Shown in pieces: positions 12,837 to 26,925 of a DNA stretch of 64,000 bases. Both the position numbers and the translations under genes were made by a program. Below the pieces are notes generated by a model. That model was not told the origin of the DNA. It made no database searches and worked only from the letters and a program-made list of their open reading frames with translations. Source of the DNA: Fimbriosthenelais zetlandica (lineage: Eukaryota); the NCBI GenBank assembly GCA_977030845.1, contig OZ365116.1:12958001-13022000 (forward strand), written 5' to 3'. Position 1 is the stretch's first letter. The number at the start of each line of letters is the position of its first letter.

Positions 12837-15800
12837 TAATGCCTGAACTAACTGGATAATTCTGTGAGCATTGGATGATGGAAAGAGATGGAGAAACTGT
12901 CCTCTCATATCTCACACGATATGTCACTGCTGCCTGAAAATTGTGTGCACAAGACGTTGCACCCACTGATTGTGTTGGGTTGAGGTATAAGTGAATTCAT
13001 ACCGCCAAGATCAGACAGAAAGCAAAGGCAAATGATGAAAAGCAAGCTATTCTGTTGTTATAAATATCATTCCACCTAAAGCGAGGCAAGGTCACAACGA
13101 CCAGACCCAAACCAATTGATTCACTACTTACGCAACAAAGAAGAATTCTAATGTGTACACACTTGATGCATGATGACAGAGGAGTAAATATTATTTCATA
13201 ATAAATAAGACCTCTACCTCTGAGGGAGGGATTACCGGGGTAATCTCACTCGATCTGCGCACATCCAATGGGAAAATTCTTTGTAAGGGAGTGTCCACAA
13301 TAATGTGTATCCACCATAAACCACCCAACTAACTCAATAACAGTCACAGATTGTCTGCTATAGGTGTATAGAGAGCAAGTTTCTATGTCAGAACTTCACA
13401 CTATGTGTGAGAATTCCATACCGGCCGGTGCATGGGGCACTATACATAGAACATGGGATTTTTCTGAATCTCCGAGAATTATGCTAATAACTAAAAGGAA
13501 GATTTCCGAGAAAGTAGCTCAGGAATGGCAGATAGAACCTGGTAGGAGATCAAATGATGTATCTATACGGGCCGTTTCCGCCCTACACACCTAATCCATA
13601 TGATGGAGACCAACCTCTAAATATCAGCGGATAACTGTAAACAGAATACCTGGTATGCTTCAGCAACTTATAACTCTATTATCTCTCTGATATTTTATTA
13701 TTTTTTTATCTTTTTTTGGAGAAGTTTTCCCTTGTAAATGATGATTTGTTGGGTGCGCGGGGTAACAGGGAAGGTTTTGTTTTTCGGGGTTTGTAACCAG
13801 GGTAGAGATATTATGTATTTTCTTGGCAGTCCGGGATATGGATAGTCTGCAGGTGTGTCGAGGCATTTAAGGAATTTTCCTTGTGGATTCAGACCTCGGA
13901 TCATAAGGCTGTAATGCCCATAGCCAGATGGAGATGGAGGGGGTACTGTACTAGAAATTCCATTTATCTATCTACATTACTATATATAAATGTACTTTGA
14001 GACATGCATCCATTAATTTACCTCAGTAAATAGATTAATATCCGCTTATTACTCAGTCTTCGGCGTCCAAACTCCCTGAAACTTTATGCACTCTTCCAGA
14101 AAATGATAATTAATTACATTGGTTCCGACTTCGAAATCGAAGTCAATGATGTTTAAAACATTTCCTTCTCTCAGGTATTTAATTGAATCTTTGAGCCCAA
14201 ATCACATCCAATATATAGTGTCCCCTACCCCCCGTCCACCTATATCCCTCAGAGCCTGTGTATTCAAGCGAAATATTTTTCACAAATGAAGCAGAGAACA
14301 CACAAAAGGCAATCCCACAGTATAGACTTCTATATTATCCTTTCATTTCCTTTGTAGATCAAGAATAATTTTTGCTAGGAAGTCTTATATGGCGTTTTTT
14401 TATTATCAGGAAAGATAGTCTTGGAAAAATGAAAGATATGTAAGATGTGTTTGAACATATGCTAAGAAGTATATGTCACTATGTCCAATACAAAGTATCA
14501 TACCTAATTTGGAAATGACTGCTCTTTATTTGGGACGTTGGCACTGCAGAAGTGACGTCATTGTTGTCACGTGCCCCCACGTCACATCCATATGTTAAAT
14601 CACTTGTGACAGACAGTCCAAATTAGAATGGAACGCGCCAGAAATAGCAAATCTCGCGAGGTACGGACCTTCACGAGAATCGAAGAAAAACAGTGCCGAC
14701 TTCGACCGACATAGTAGACATGGAATGCGAACCATCTTGAAGTCATTTTGTAAAAGGACTAAGCTTTTATCCTGGAATGGATGAGGCTGAAAGAAAAGGA
14801 GATGTAAAAAAATTCACTTTGTCTCAAACACTAAGAGAAATAGTGCCTTCATCTCTCTTGTATATTATGAGTGTTGTTGGCTGGAAGGTTGGCTATAACC
14901 AAAGTGAATTCTGTGATGGATACAATTACTCATTGTAGGCAATCACTTCATCAACTGAGTATCTTTACATAAACAATTAAATCAATTCTTCAAATTTCTA
15001 CCCTTTAACGTTAGACTAACATGTCTATAATTGACGGCATTGTTATTCAGAGCAGATTCAATTTATGACATACCATAAACCAAAACTTAATTCAATGTCA
15101 TATATCATGCACTAAATACCAACATATATATGCACATGTATATGTATGCAAAATTTTAAATATCATAATACAACTCCAAATGGCCTTAGGCTAACAATTC
15201 CTCCAGTCCCTTTACCAAGGGATTTCAGTACAGAATTCCGGAGTAAAATACCAATATCTCTTCTATAGCATTGTATTACTAAACGCAAGTCAGAAAAGAC
15301 CAAATTCTATCTTTTGAAATGTGATGTGTGCACTAGCCATTAGCCGTGTAACCTGTCTGTGTATTAATAGAGAATTACGGCAGCTAGTAACCCGATAACA
15401 CTGATCCTCAAGGCCCTTTCTTATTCAACACCAAATGCTCGAGGCCTCCAGATCAGCTTTCATAAAATCTCGGCACAGAGAAAGGCACCGCGAGTTGGTA
15501 TATAGCATCTGACTTCAAAGAATGGAGTTGGAGTTGGAGTAAGAGTATTGGATTGACATTATTGATATGAAAGAAGCGTGATTTAAAGTATACAAACTTG
15601 ACTCTCTATCGTCATCTTACATTTGTTGTTTGCTCGTGAGAGATCTATATTCAAGGACTTTTACTCCTTGATGTTTAGGCCGTTTCCTCGGCTATTTGTC
15701 TCGATCGGAAGGGAGTTTATCTATTCGCATTTAGATTAATAAATGAAAAGGATTTTTTGGAAAGCTCTTATACACTATTTTTACAGACAGAATGGAGGTT

Positions 15801-16386
15801 TAATTTCAACTGATCAAAGGTATCTATTCAATACCAATTTGACGGATAGTACCAAGAAGTATCAGTCAATCACAATTGATTTATAGAGTTCTGAACGAAC
15901 ACCGATCGTTCGACTACTGCAGAATCCAGTCCATGAACTTTGTGTCCTTTTGATTGATGGCAATTCTTTTAGGGAAAATCCCAGACCCGGTTATGTTTTA
16001 ACCTATTTTATAAGAGAGAGAGAGAGGGATCGTTTATCATGTGATAATGCATTCTTGAATGGGTTAGACAGGAGCCTGCCGGGGGACAAGCAGGCAAATC
16101 AGCCAGCTCCATGATACTGGGTGGGGGCGGGGGGTGGGGGAGGAGTGCTGGGGTTAGACATGGGAGAATGATTAGAGCCCAGAGGCTACTCTGTAACAGT
16201 TGGTCTAACAGGAATGTCCCGATGACAAATCGTGCAAAATTGATTCATTTTCATTCCTCAAAGAAAAAAAAACATTTTCCACGAAAAATACTTTAGACTT
16301 TATAAAGTGTGTACATACTTTTTTAAAGCAGTTACATTATCTTGTATCTCCTTCGTTTTCTGGGCAACTGTCTTTTCTTTTCGTTG

Positions 16387-16589
16387 AGCCTGGTCTCCAC
16401 TGCTGTGATTTTGCTTACGACACCTCTGCGACAAAGCTGATGCTTGTGTTTCAATGACAAATTTACCAGTGGAGGACGGCCTTAAGTCCTTGAACACTTG
16501 GGCCACAATTTACAAATTTTAATCCTACACAAGCATCACCTTTGTCGCAGTAGTGTCACAAGCAAAATCGCAGCAGTGGAGACCTGACT
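16387..16589 (-). mobile_element. MITE family C, copy 2 (203 bp)
   Basis: TIRs AGCCTGGTCTCCACTGCTGTGATTTTGC / GCAAAATCGCAGCAGTGGAGACCTGACT. The core is inverted relative to copy 1. Confidence 0.88.
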
Positions 16590-17063
16590 TAAAACTGTCA
16601 CCATCGTCTTACTTATAATTGACCACCTCATCACCCACCCCCCTGTCATATTTCCCCCTCCCCACTCCCCCTCCCACTCACTCCTCTCTTCCTTGTCTAT
16701 CATCCTCCACCCCCACACCCCCCGTCCCCCGTCTACTCGTGATCTGGGTTCCTCCAGGGCCGCTCGGTGACACGTTCCTGTACTATTGGTGCCATATGTG
16801 TCTCACTGGAGGAGCCGTATTGGCACGTGATAGCACGTGACGGTATGTATGACGCGTCTCTCTCCTCCAGGTCTTATGACCTTCTAAAGTCCCGCAGATA
16901 ACAACTCATCTTCCCCCCCCCCCAGACGACCTCATCTCTCAACATGTCATCTTCCCTCTTTATCTTCTGGTCCAGACTCCCAATTTTGTTGACTGTAGAT
17001 CAGTCTCATAAGTTGATTTTAGTCAAACCTATAGTGTCCGTCTCATTCTTGATCATAACCTCT

Positions 17064-17290
17064 GGGGCATGTTTCATAGGATTATGAGCAATTTTAGGCC
17101 TATGGTTAATATTTGTTTTGAAACAGGCAATGCTAGTTCTATGGCCAATATTCGTTTTGAAACAGGCTCCAGGGACCTGTTTTAAAAGGACTATGAGCAA
17201 TGCTAGGTCTATGGCTAATATTCGTTTTGAAACAGGCTCCAGATTCCCATTTCAAAACAAAAAGCCATAGACTTGTAATGTTTCTTTTGA
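17064..17290. repeat. Array of palindromic family-E units bounded by GGGGCAT.TTTCA / TGAAATATGCCCC
   Basis: Three tandem ...CTATGGCTAATATTCGTTTTGAAACAGG units are followed by an inverted unit. Homologous to the palindrome at 20166-20235. Confidence 0.7.
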
Positions 17291-17572
17291 AATATGCCCC
17301 TGATCGTTCTATTTCTGAGCACTCATTGCTAATGTCCAATTACAATAACCTGCAAGGCTCATCATCTATAGGAACGACAATGAGTTATAGTCTAATTGAA
17401 AAGCTCATGTATCATACATGTTTTTCTCGTGTCACTCATGTTTATCACAACATGTTTGCCGTGTAACAGATACCATGTGTTTTTGAGGTAGTCTGACGTA
17501 CTTTGACGGAGGTCTTTGACACTGCCTGTGTGAGTGTCAGGAACCCGGAATAAGGCCTGATATATAGGCATT

Positions 17573-17682
17573 CCCCTGTCCCTGTCCCTATCTGTCCCCC
17601 TGTCCCTTGTCCCCCTGTCCCTATTATGTCCTCCTGTACTGTCCCTATATGTCCCCCTATCTATATGTCCCCTGTCCCTTTC
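17573..17682 (+). repeat. Degenerate (TGTCCC)n simple repeat
   Basis: Seen directly. Confidence 0.8.
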
Positions 17683-19504
17683 TCCCTAGTTATTTAACAT
17701 TGCTGGAAAAGTGGAAAACTGTTACACAATTAATCGGTTTTTCACCCTAGCTGTCTCTCCCTTCCTACCCTGCACCTTTCACCCTTCCAGTTGTCAGGGT
17801 AATCACTGAGACAAACAATTTTAGTTGCCATCACGACTCACGTACACTTATGATTTTTTTTTATCTTTTCACCCAACATCAAAAGAAATGTGCCACATGG
17901 AATTACTTCCAAACTTGATCACCTTTGTGATCCGTGGCCTATAGCAGAGCAGATACTCTATCGGTTCTGATGTTTATTCTTACTATTTAGACATTAAAAT
18001 AGGTGCGACTATTCAATTAATTAGCAAGCCTAAATATATGCCGCCAAATCCTCTATATTTGCACAGAACCACTCTTTCCGGGCGTCTACTATCCTGTATG
18101 ATTAACCTTCTCTAAATATACAGGTTAAACTCTTTTTTTCATTCGAAATATATATCATGTGCAAGATTTGCAAAATGTAGAGCAGTGGGTTTGGAGTTTC
18201 TTTTTTCACCTAGTCCTTATGACTTACATACCACTGCAAATAACATGCATGCCCTTTGAAGTTACACAAGATGAATATGATTTTTTCACCTGGATTTTGG
18301 TATCCAGCTCTCGAAATCTTTTGCTTTTGTTGGCGGGGTGAGCATGGCATATTAGTGCACTTGAGGGGATTGCGGACGGGGACCTCTGTCGTTGGTGAGG
18401 TCAGGTGAGATTCAGCTCGTTATCCCAAACGGCTGAGCTGGGGGATTAAGTCAACTATTTGAAAGGATGAGGACAAACAAGTTTTGGCTTAATCATGGAG
18501 CCGATAGTGTAAGAGTCTGGTATGCCTCTTCTTTACAATGGTGGGCGCTTGAAAACTGTGTTCGTCTGACTCATCTAAGGCCTGTGAGATTTCAGTTCTC
18601 AATTCTTGTCCTGCAAGATCCGAAGAAACGGACTATAGACAACAACATATAGCTTGTTCACAGAATATTAATTCATCTCAGACTATGTTGGTTGGTTGGA
18701 GTCACGAGGTTTGGAGCTTAAAAACCCTGCTTGAAAACGACCCAAGTTTACGATATTTTTTGATATTGGCTTTTCACAGAGAAGTGCATGGACGGAGACC
18801 GTTTTTGCATTCAGTGAGCAAAATTAGGTGATCTTGGTCTGTTCCACGGCCACCCACCCACGCTACCTTTTAACATGGTCTCCTATATCTCTGCTTTTTC
18901 TCCATATTTTTTTAGGGAAGTAAATGTTCTAATGTTTAACTGACTATGGAAACCAAAAACATAGTTGGTCCTCTGATGCGAGGAGTCAGTGGAAACTCCG
19001 CTCCTTGCCTTTCCGAACTTGAAAATAATGCAGGTTAAAAAGTACATATTTGTGTCCTTGGGAGGCTAACCAATGCATAGTGCAAATTATGGGCTGTGAC
19101 ATTATATGATGAGTATAAAAATACTGTTTCATGTATTCACCACAGCTGATTCCCCCTTTCTAAAGGCAGCACACCTGTGATATGTTCCACGGCCAATGTG
19201 TAAGCAAGGAAATAATTTTTAGCAAATCACGCCACCTTTGCTAACATAAAGCAATGTGTATTGCAGTGTGAGACGAGAAGTAGAAGGTGAAGTTGACCGA
19301 CTCAGACAAGTTCATATCTGCTTTGATCTAAACATGCCTTTACATGCCTCATTTCACCTATACATCATGCTCATTTTATCATAGAAATTAAAAATTACAA
19401 ACAACATGTGGTTCACTTGGAGCTCTCCCTCTCTCTCAGAGAAAGGTGTGTTGCCATATCAGACAGCTGAGTGAAAGATACCCTACCGTGTAGTTCCCTA
19501 CTTA

Positions 19505-19707
19505 TGCTGGCCACACACAGAGGCGATTTGCCCAAGCGATGCAGAGCGATTGTATATTTCTAGTCACACCCAATGCGTTTAATTTTGTCAGTGGTTAGCC
19601 TTAGCTAGGTTTAAATGACTGTTAAAATTACAAGCATCGGTTGTGACTAGAAATATATACTATCGCTCTGCATCGCTTGGGAAAATCGCCTCTGTGTGGG
19701 CCTGGCA
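19505..19707 (+). mobile_element. MITE family B (Harbinger-like), copy 1 (203 bp)
   Basis: TIR TGCTGGCCACACACAGAGGCGATTTGCCCAAGCGATGCAGAGCGAT / ATCGCTCTGCATCGCTTGGGAAAATCGCCTCTGTGTGGGCCTGGCA, with TTA TSD. Confidence 0.92.
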
Positions 19708-20165
19708 TTATATGAAAGGCCTATTGATTAGCATTTAATCTATAGACTGACCATGAACTTTTATCAATTGTGAACTGACCAGCCCCTGATATTACTGTCC
19801 TTATGAGGCCCCATTCACCAAAATTTATCCGTTTCATATTTTGAGCAAGTTGAGAAAGCAAATCTCTTCATCAGAAAGAGGTATAGCAAACGGACTATTT
19901 TGACTTCAAATGCCAACCATCTTTCTCCACAATGATGATATATGCTTTGTATCTACACAAGATTAAAAAAAACTATGAAAATATACGATGTTTTTGAGAG
20001 AATATGACATGATATTTTCACGAGTCTGGTACAAGCTTGGGTGTGGTTATCACTATGTTTATAGGCTCTGTTCCAAAGTTAAGGTATAGCCAGCTTTCTC
20101 TCTTACTCTACCATGATTCTATAGGTGGAGGTTAGAGGAGGGGTCCTGTGGTGAGAAACCAAAGC

Positions 20166-20235
20166 GACCTGTTTCAAAAGGAATATTAGCAATACTAAGT
20201 CTATGGCTAATATTTATCCCTTTTGAAACAGGGTC
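20166..20235. repeat. Family-E palindromic monomer
   Basis: GACCTGTTTCAAAAGG-AATATTAGC ... GCTAATATT-TATC-CCTTTTGAAACAGGGTC. Homologous to 17173-17240. Confidence 0.75.
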
Positions 20236-20419
20236 CAAGACCACCCTATACCTTCAACCAGCTATTGTCAGTTGACAGAAGATCTCCCCAAATGCCCATT
20301 CTCACAATTACAATCAGTTTTCCCACATCTTAATGGTGGTGGAAGGAGGAAGCTAGATAAACCAATAAATACCCTCAGGCATGAAGAATATGGCTGGAAA
20401 GTCCACCTGCTAAACCCAA

Positions 20420-20616
20420 AGGCATTACTCCATTTCTGCGACTTTGATTCCGACAAAGGTAATGTTTGTGTCGCAGTAAAAAATGTGCCAGTGAAGGACG
20501 GCCTTATAAGTCCTTGGACCAAAATGTCCTTGGTCCTTGGAATAAATTGATTTTATTTCGACACAAGCATCACAGTATAGTGTCGCAAGCAAAATCGCAG
20601 TAGTGGAGTACAGGCT
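20420..20616 (-). mobile_element. MITE family C, copy 3 (eroded left end)
   Basis: Right end GTGTCGCAAGCAAAATCGCAGTAGTGGAGTACAGGCT|TTA, core CCAGTGAAGGACGGCCTTA, degenerate left TIR from ~20427. Confidence 0.8.
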
Positions 20617-22948
20617 TTAAGCACAATATGGCAACTGTGATCAATCTGACAAAGCATGTTCTCTTACATCCATGTTCAGATGACTATAGAGGTTCGGCCA
20701 TTCACCCTAGCCCTACACAGAGCTAACTCTGAACAATGTCAATACCAATGAGATCCATGACAGAATGTTATTCACGAATTCCATTTTTTTTTACTTCAAT
20801 CCACTAATCCCGTATGTTGAAGAGCATAGGCTGCCTGTTTATGAAAGCATTGCGAGAATAGACCCCGCTTAAAAACCCAGCTAACATGTCACGGATCAGA
20901 GAAGCGTGAAGACATTAAAAACTCAAAGATCTTTTTTCAAACTTAAAGCAAATAAATATGATGTTCCATATATGCACCTTAGAGTTCTACCTTAGAGTTC
21001 TTCTTAGTTCCTGAGTGCTGCCATTCGTCAAATCTGTGTCCAAGCAGACCAGAGTAAATAGACAAGAGGAGTTTGATTTTCCTCTGTCTAACAGAGTCAC
21101 TTGCTTGTTCTGGGTCAAAGGCACTAATCCCTGCTGATCATTGCTTGCTTTTAACCTTGAGAGGAAGGTCAGGATCTCCTTCCATTAATGTACAAAGGCT
21201 GGATGGGTGTCTGGATAACCTGTATCCAAGTCAAGAGGGTCTCCAAGACAGTTCTCCATGATCTGGAGAGGGTGAAGCTTAATGCCCCTCCACAGCCACC
21301 CCACCACCTTCCCCAATCTCCCCGATCATCCCCTCTGATCCAGAAGACCTTCTCCGATGTTTGGTTGCTGTGGAAACAGGTCATACTGCCATGGCAACAG
21401 GGCTTAGTTTTCACCTAGGTGGTCCATTGTTAACTTTACCTCCTCAGATTTAAACTTTTTTTTTCTTATTTTTTTACCACCATGAGGAAGTGGGTCTAAA
21501 AATAAGGTGATATAAATAATTTGATATGAAAGTTAGAATATATTGATTAGTATTTATATCCCTTCCTTCTATTTAGATTTTAGTTAAAAGTGATGAATTT
21601 AGATTGTGCTTATAAGTGATGATATATTACTTATCTTCAGATCTTGATTTGCCGTTTTAAAGCCAAAGAAACTGGTCTGAGCCTTCCTTTTTTGGCTCAA
21701 GGCCATCACTCTAGAAAATCAATGTTAAGTTATGGGAATGCACCCCGGCAACTTTCCCAGCCGCGCTTTATATACCACTGCCACAAGTTTAAGTGTATCT
21801 ACTTCCATTCTAATCTCCCTGGGATGTGATATTTGTGATAGACTTAGTACATGAACATAAAATAGAAACCAGAATAGTAAGATGGCCGACCTTGTTCAGC
21901 CAGCAAATGTAAAATATATTACATCTCTAGTAACATACTCATATAGTCCTCGATACCGAAGGGGATTCATTCGGTGGAGGAAAATGTAGCATAAAACAAG
22001 GACAAATCAGACTGTCTGTGATCCCAATCATAGAAACTATACATTCTCTAAAATTGCTTAGCTATATACTTACCTATAGGGAAAGATCTATCAGCAAGCT
22101 TCATTGTAAAAATGGCATAAAATGAAATGTATTCCGTCAGTGCATAAAGGCAAAAACTTATATACACTAACTTTGTGTTCAAAATGCTCAGATGCATTTT
22201 AGAGATTTCATTCAGTGCCCTATATAGCAAGCATGTGGCTTGTGAATGTTTTATTTTTTACATTGTGGTTTTCTGTGATATATAGTACCATGAATTGGTT
22301 TTCTTTTCCTGAAGAATTTAGTGGTCAATTTTGCGGTTGACCGCAATCGCCCATCCTAATTGTTCCGATACATTTTTTCCAATGGTCATGGGTTTCTGTT
22401 GACAGGAATAAAAGCGCCTTAGGCACTCCTCGATATCTTTATTAGCTGTTCAACAATGTTACTTGTGGATTTACTTTACTTTACTTAGCCCATGCCTTGA
22501 CAGACTCATTTCCGTATCATCTAAATATTTTGGAATTGAATTAACTATTAACTGATACCTTTGGGAATGGATTGATTGAAAGGAAAGACAATATATGCAA
22601 AAAAGGCCCTATATATAAGGCTCTAGTATAACTATAGAAGTGTCTCATGCTATCTACTGTATACTGACAAACTTTTCTGCTGTGTTTGCACTTTTCCTCT
22701 AGTCACCCAGCCCTTCTCCCCCTATCACAATCTCCTGATAACAAGTTACAATATTGTCATTTCTACCACAGAGATTACCATGTCTGTCTTTAGGGGGAAA
22801 AGAAGAAGTCCCAATCCCCTTGAGGTCCCCCTAAACTCCCAATTTCTTACAGATTATATCAATTTTCATTGATTTACGCCAATTTCTTGATTTTAAAAGT
22901 GCAGAGGGACACTGCTGAATTGCATAAGTAAAGTATAGCTTTCTGTTA

Positions 22949-23151
22949 AGCCTGGAACACACTAATCCGATTCTCTATCCGGATTCTCTGTCCAAAACCA
23001 TATTTCTCTTCACATCAATTGCTTGTAATTTGAACAGACCTTTACACCTAGATAATACTAACCACTGACAAAATTTCAATCATTGGAAGTCATTAAAAAT
23101 GGAAGTTCTGATGGCGACGGATTGGAGAATCGGATTAGTGTGTTCCAGGCT
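22949..23151 (-). mobile_element. MITE family A, copy 2 (203 bp)
   Basis: Perfect 26-bp TIR AGCCTGGAACACACTAATCCGATTCT, TTA TSD, inverted core. Confidence 0.93.
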
Positions 23152-23490
23152 TTAGACAGAGCAGCGCAAGAGCAAGGTTCTTATGCTCTCCCTGACGAAG
23201 GGCATTGACCTTTTCCCCCTATGGATGTCAGGCAATTTTGTCGCATGCGTTGGCGGGTGGGGGCTGGAGCATCTGGAGGGTATTGGTGTGACCAGGGAGA
23301 CATGTGATGAGCAACTTGGGAGCTTGTAGTGACTGCATGGTACGACTGTCACTGGAACTCCACCACCCACACTCTCTACTCCTGACAATTCTCTATGACA
23401 CGTCATATGTGACCATTTTGCCAGGCATGTATAATGTCTTGGTCACTGTGTGACAACCTAACATGTGTAAAATATATGTAAAATACCTGT

Positions 23491-23693
23491 AGCAAGGTCT
23501 CCACTGCTGCGATTTTGCTTGCGACACTACTGCGACAAAGGTGATGCTTGATTCACAATAAAATTTATAAAATTAAGTTGAAGTGTCCAAGGCCTTAAGA
23601 CCGTCCTCCACTGGTATTTTTTTTATTGTGACACAAGCATCACCTTTGTCGCTGTAGTGTCGCAAGCAAAATCGCAGCAGTGGAGTCTTAGCT
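23491..23693 (+). mobile_element. MITE family C, copy 4 (203 bp)
   Basis: TIR ...CTCCACTGCTGCGATTTTGCTTGCGACACTAC / GTAGTGTCGCAAGCAAAATCGCAGCAGTGGAG... Confidence 0.9.
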
Positions 23694-24132
23694 TTATTGT
23701 AAAATGTACTTGATTGCCCTAGAAGATCCCTATTTCTTTAAAAAAACATTGCTGAAATGACAAACTGGAAGAGAACTTCTTAGAGAAATGCGTTATTACA
23801 AAACTCTTAACTTAGATTTTCTTAAACCAAGGAGTATAGAATTCTTCGTTGTCTAAACCAAGATCCCTCACTTTCTTAGTTAATGGCGTTGGGCTTCCCA
23901 TAGAAGGAAAAGTACTTCCGAAAACAGCTGATGGAGATGTGGTGTAAGAGAGCGCTAACAAGGCCCCTGGTGAAAAATAGATAATAACAGCTAGCCACCA
24001 TCGTTATATGCATGGAAGAACATTGTCTAGAGACTGGTGGAATACTTCTCTATATGCTTTACTATAGGAGGGTGCCCCATGCTCTAATACAATCTCACTC
24101 TAAAACCACTATATATGATGCCAATGCCAATG

Positions 24133-24170
24133 GTTAATATCTAGATTGGTTAATATCTAGATTGTCTAGA
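24133..24170 (+). repeat. 16-bp tandem duplication GGTTAATATCTAGATT x2 plus a partial unit
   Basis: Seen directly. Confidence 0.75.
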
Positions 24171-24885
24171 TGTTTCCTGGCAAGTATTTCAGGGGCGGAT
24201 CCAGCAATTTGAAGAGGGGGGTTCGAATTTGAGTTGGGTTGGGAGCAATGTCCCCGTACATACCTATAGAAATGAAGAAAAAAATCACATATAAATAAGA
24301 CCGTTCAGTACTGAAACCTACATATATGGTAGACTCAAACTGTCCCACCGACTTTATTTGACCACATTTTTTCCAGATCTTTTATTTCTTCCTTCCCCCC
24401 CCCATTGAATTCGCCATTACATCTTTAACGGAAGTGGAAATGGAGTGGAAATGGGCATAAGGAAGTGAGAGGTGGAATTAGGGAAATAAGACAATTGAGT
24501 TGGAAAAATGGGACATTGAAGGATTATAATCTATATGTGTGTGGGAGGAGGATGGGGGATGACGAGGAAGAAGAATGTTACAGCATGAATTGTCACATGA
24601 TTCATTCATTTCATCATGTAGACCATGTGCTCCCACTTCCTTATATGATTTTACAGACAAGGAGACTGAATTCTTACCACATCAGTCAAACTTTACCATC
24701 TGACACTAGTACTCAACCAGCGTCTGTGAGGGCCACCCTCACACACTGAGTATAAGTTATGTGGGATGGCAAGATTGAATTCACACTTGAAAGAAAAAGA
24801 GAGGATGTTCAAATGGGATGCTTCATTCCAAAATGTGATTCAGGCTGGAACCCCCTACACACTATTAGCCTCCTTAATAATCCCC

Positions 24886-25080
24886 GAAACACACTAATCC
24901 GATTCTCCAATCCGTCGCCATCCGATCCCCTATTTCTAATGATATCTTGAGATTGAAATTTTGTCAGTGTTTAGCCTTACTTCAGTGCAACGGACTGTTC
25001 AAATTACAAGCATTTGGTTTGAATAGAAGTATAGTTTCGGATGGCGTTGGATAGAGAATCGGATTAGTGTGTTCCAGGTT
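24886..25080 (+). mobile_element. MITE family A, copy 3 (left terminus eroded)
   Basis: AACACACTAATCCGATTCTCCAATCCGTCGCCATCCGA ... AGAATCGGATTAGTGTGTTCCAGGTT|TAA. Confidence 0.88.
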
Positions 25081-25518
25081 TAATATCGATATCAACTGTG
25101 AAATAAGCATATCAAAGATGAAATATTCTCACTAGAAATTGTTACGGAATCTCTCACATTATATGCCAGTATGAGATAGTATGTGAGAAAGATTCAGAGA
25201 ATTATAGGCCACATATAGAACCTTAGAGGGGAGGGAGGAGGAGATGTTGGTAATGGGTTTAAGTTTTGAACCTCTTTACCCCTGAGACGTGAATGGAATG
25301 TGCGACGACGACGGGGAGCAGGTCACAGGAGCAGCTCACTGAGCTGACCCCGGAGTGTGTGACAGAGAGGTAGCAGATGATCATCCTCCTCCAGTCACTG
25401 TCGCCAGATTCTGAATCACCTTCACAAGTAAAACCCCCGCAATCTCTATACTCACTCGCTCCATGGCCACTTCATACTAATTTCAAGGATTCTTTCGAAA
25501 TTTCTAAGTCACTTCTAT

Positions 25519-25729
25519 AGACTGGAACACACTAATCCCATTCTTCAATCCATCGCCATCCGATCCCCCATTTCTAATGGCATCCAATGATTGAAATTTT
25601 GTTAGTTGTTTGCCTTGGGTAGGTGTAAAGGTCTGTTCAAATTACAAGCATTTGGTGTGAATACAAATATAGTTTCGGACAGCTATCGGATGGAGCCGGA
25701 TAGAGATTCGCTTTAGTGTGTTCCAGGCT
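25519..25729 (+). mobile_element. MITE family A, copy 4
   Basis: AGACTGGAACACACTAATCC ... TAGTGTGTTCCAGGCT, with a full family-A core. Confidence 0.88.
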
Positions 25730-26925
25730 GATGTCCTGACAACTTTTCAATTAGTTTCTTTGCTCTTATATTATCTTTTCCTCATCTCCTTCTCTTGAAT
25801 TCATTCTTTCATCCTCTTCTTCCAATTCTTCTTTTCCTACTACATAAGTGTACACTACTTTTATTGTCTATATTCATCATTGTCTTCTTCCATCAAGACC
25901 TATGTCCCTCCGTCCTTCTATCCGTTTCCTTTGCCATACATTACATATATACATGTCTGGAGATGTTTGTGGTTATAAACTCTCTTACTGCCACAGTTCG
26001 GTTCTTCATGTGGTTTTAGCGACATTCCTCCCGCTAAAATACTCACTCTGACCCTCTAACAGATTGACTCATAATTTTTTTTCACTCATCTTCTTCACAA
26101 GAAATACTCACCAACTTCTAATCCTTGATCTCAGAAGTTTTGCCCATTATATATCCTGTTCTTTGATTTCATTCTATTTTGTCTTTCTTCTTTTTTTTTT
26201 GCTAAGTATTTATGCCTCAGCAGCATCGCGCTTGCTTCCTACTTGTCCTCCGTCCAAAAAGGACAATTCCAAACATGAATACAGTTACATGTTTGTCCTA
26301 ACGTGTTTTTCTGAAACATGTTGCAGACTAATTGTATTAGCAAGCATGTAACTCTGTCTGCTCACCCACTGCCCTCTTTTACTCAGCCATGCAATAAACA
26401 ATATTGTGTAATCTGGATTACTTTGAGGATCAAAAGAGAGTTACAGAATTGTCCTTTATATGTTACTGCCTTGATTTTTTAAAACTTTTTTTTTGCATCA
26501 ACCTTATTTTGTAGTCTAGCCATATAAATTTGAATAGCGGCACTTATTGTAATTGAAAGTCTCCAATAAATTTTCCTGTGATAGAAGTTAAACATCTACA
26601 GCAAATATACTTAATATGATAAAAGTATATGCTCAGACAGTGGGTGTTTCATGCTACAACACACGGTTGGCAAGCAGGCTGTGGAAGGCGAACAACACAC
26701 ATACTTCCATCCAGTTTATACAGGCTTTTATTATGTTATCTGTATTGACATAATTTCTCTTTTACTACCTGCATTTACTTCAAGCATGGAATTTCTGCTT
26801 CATCATTGGGTGTCAGTGTATTTGTGGTTTGCTTTCCTCCATGGTCTAACGCCTTTTGGTCTTTGGCAGTCACAAAATGCTACAGACAATTGGTGCCTCT
26901 GTCATTGGTCAATCTTGATACAATT

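Noticed and set aside
20325-20415. hAT dimerisation-like WWKEEA...YP motif
   Set aside because: It has multiple stops and wrong spacing, so it is too weak to call.
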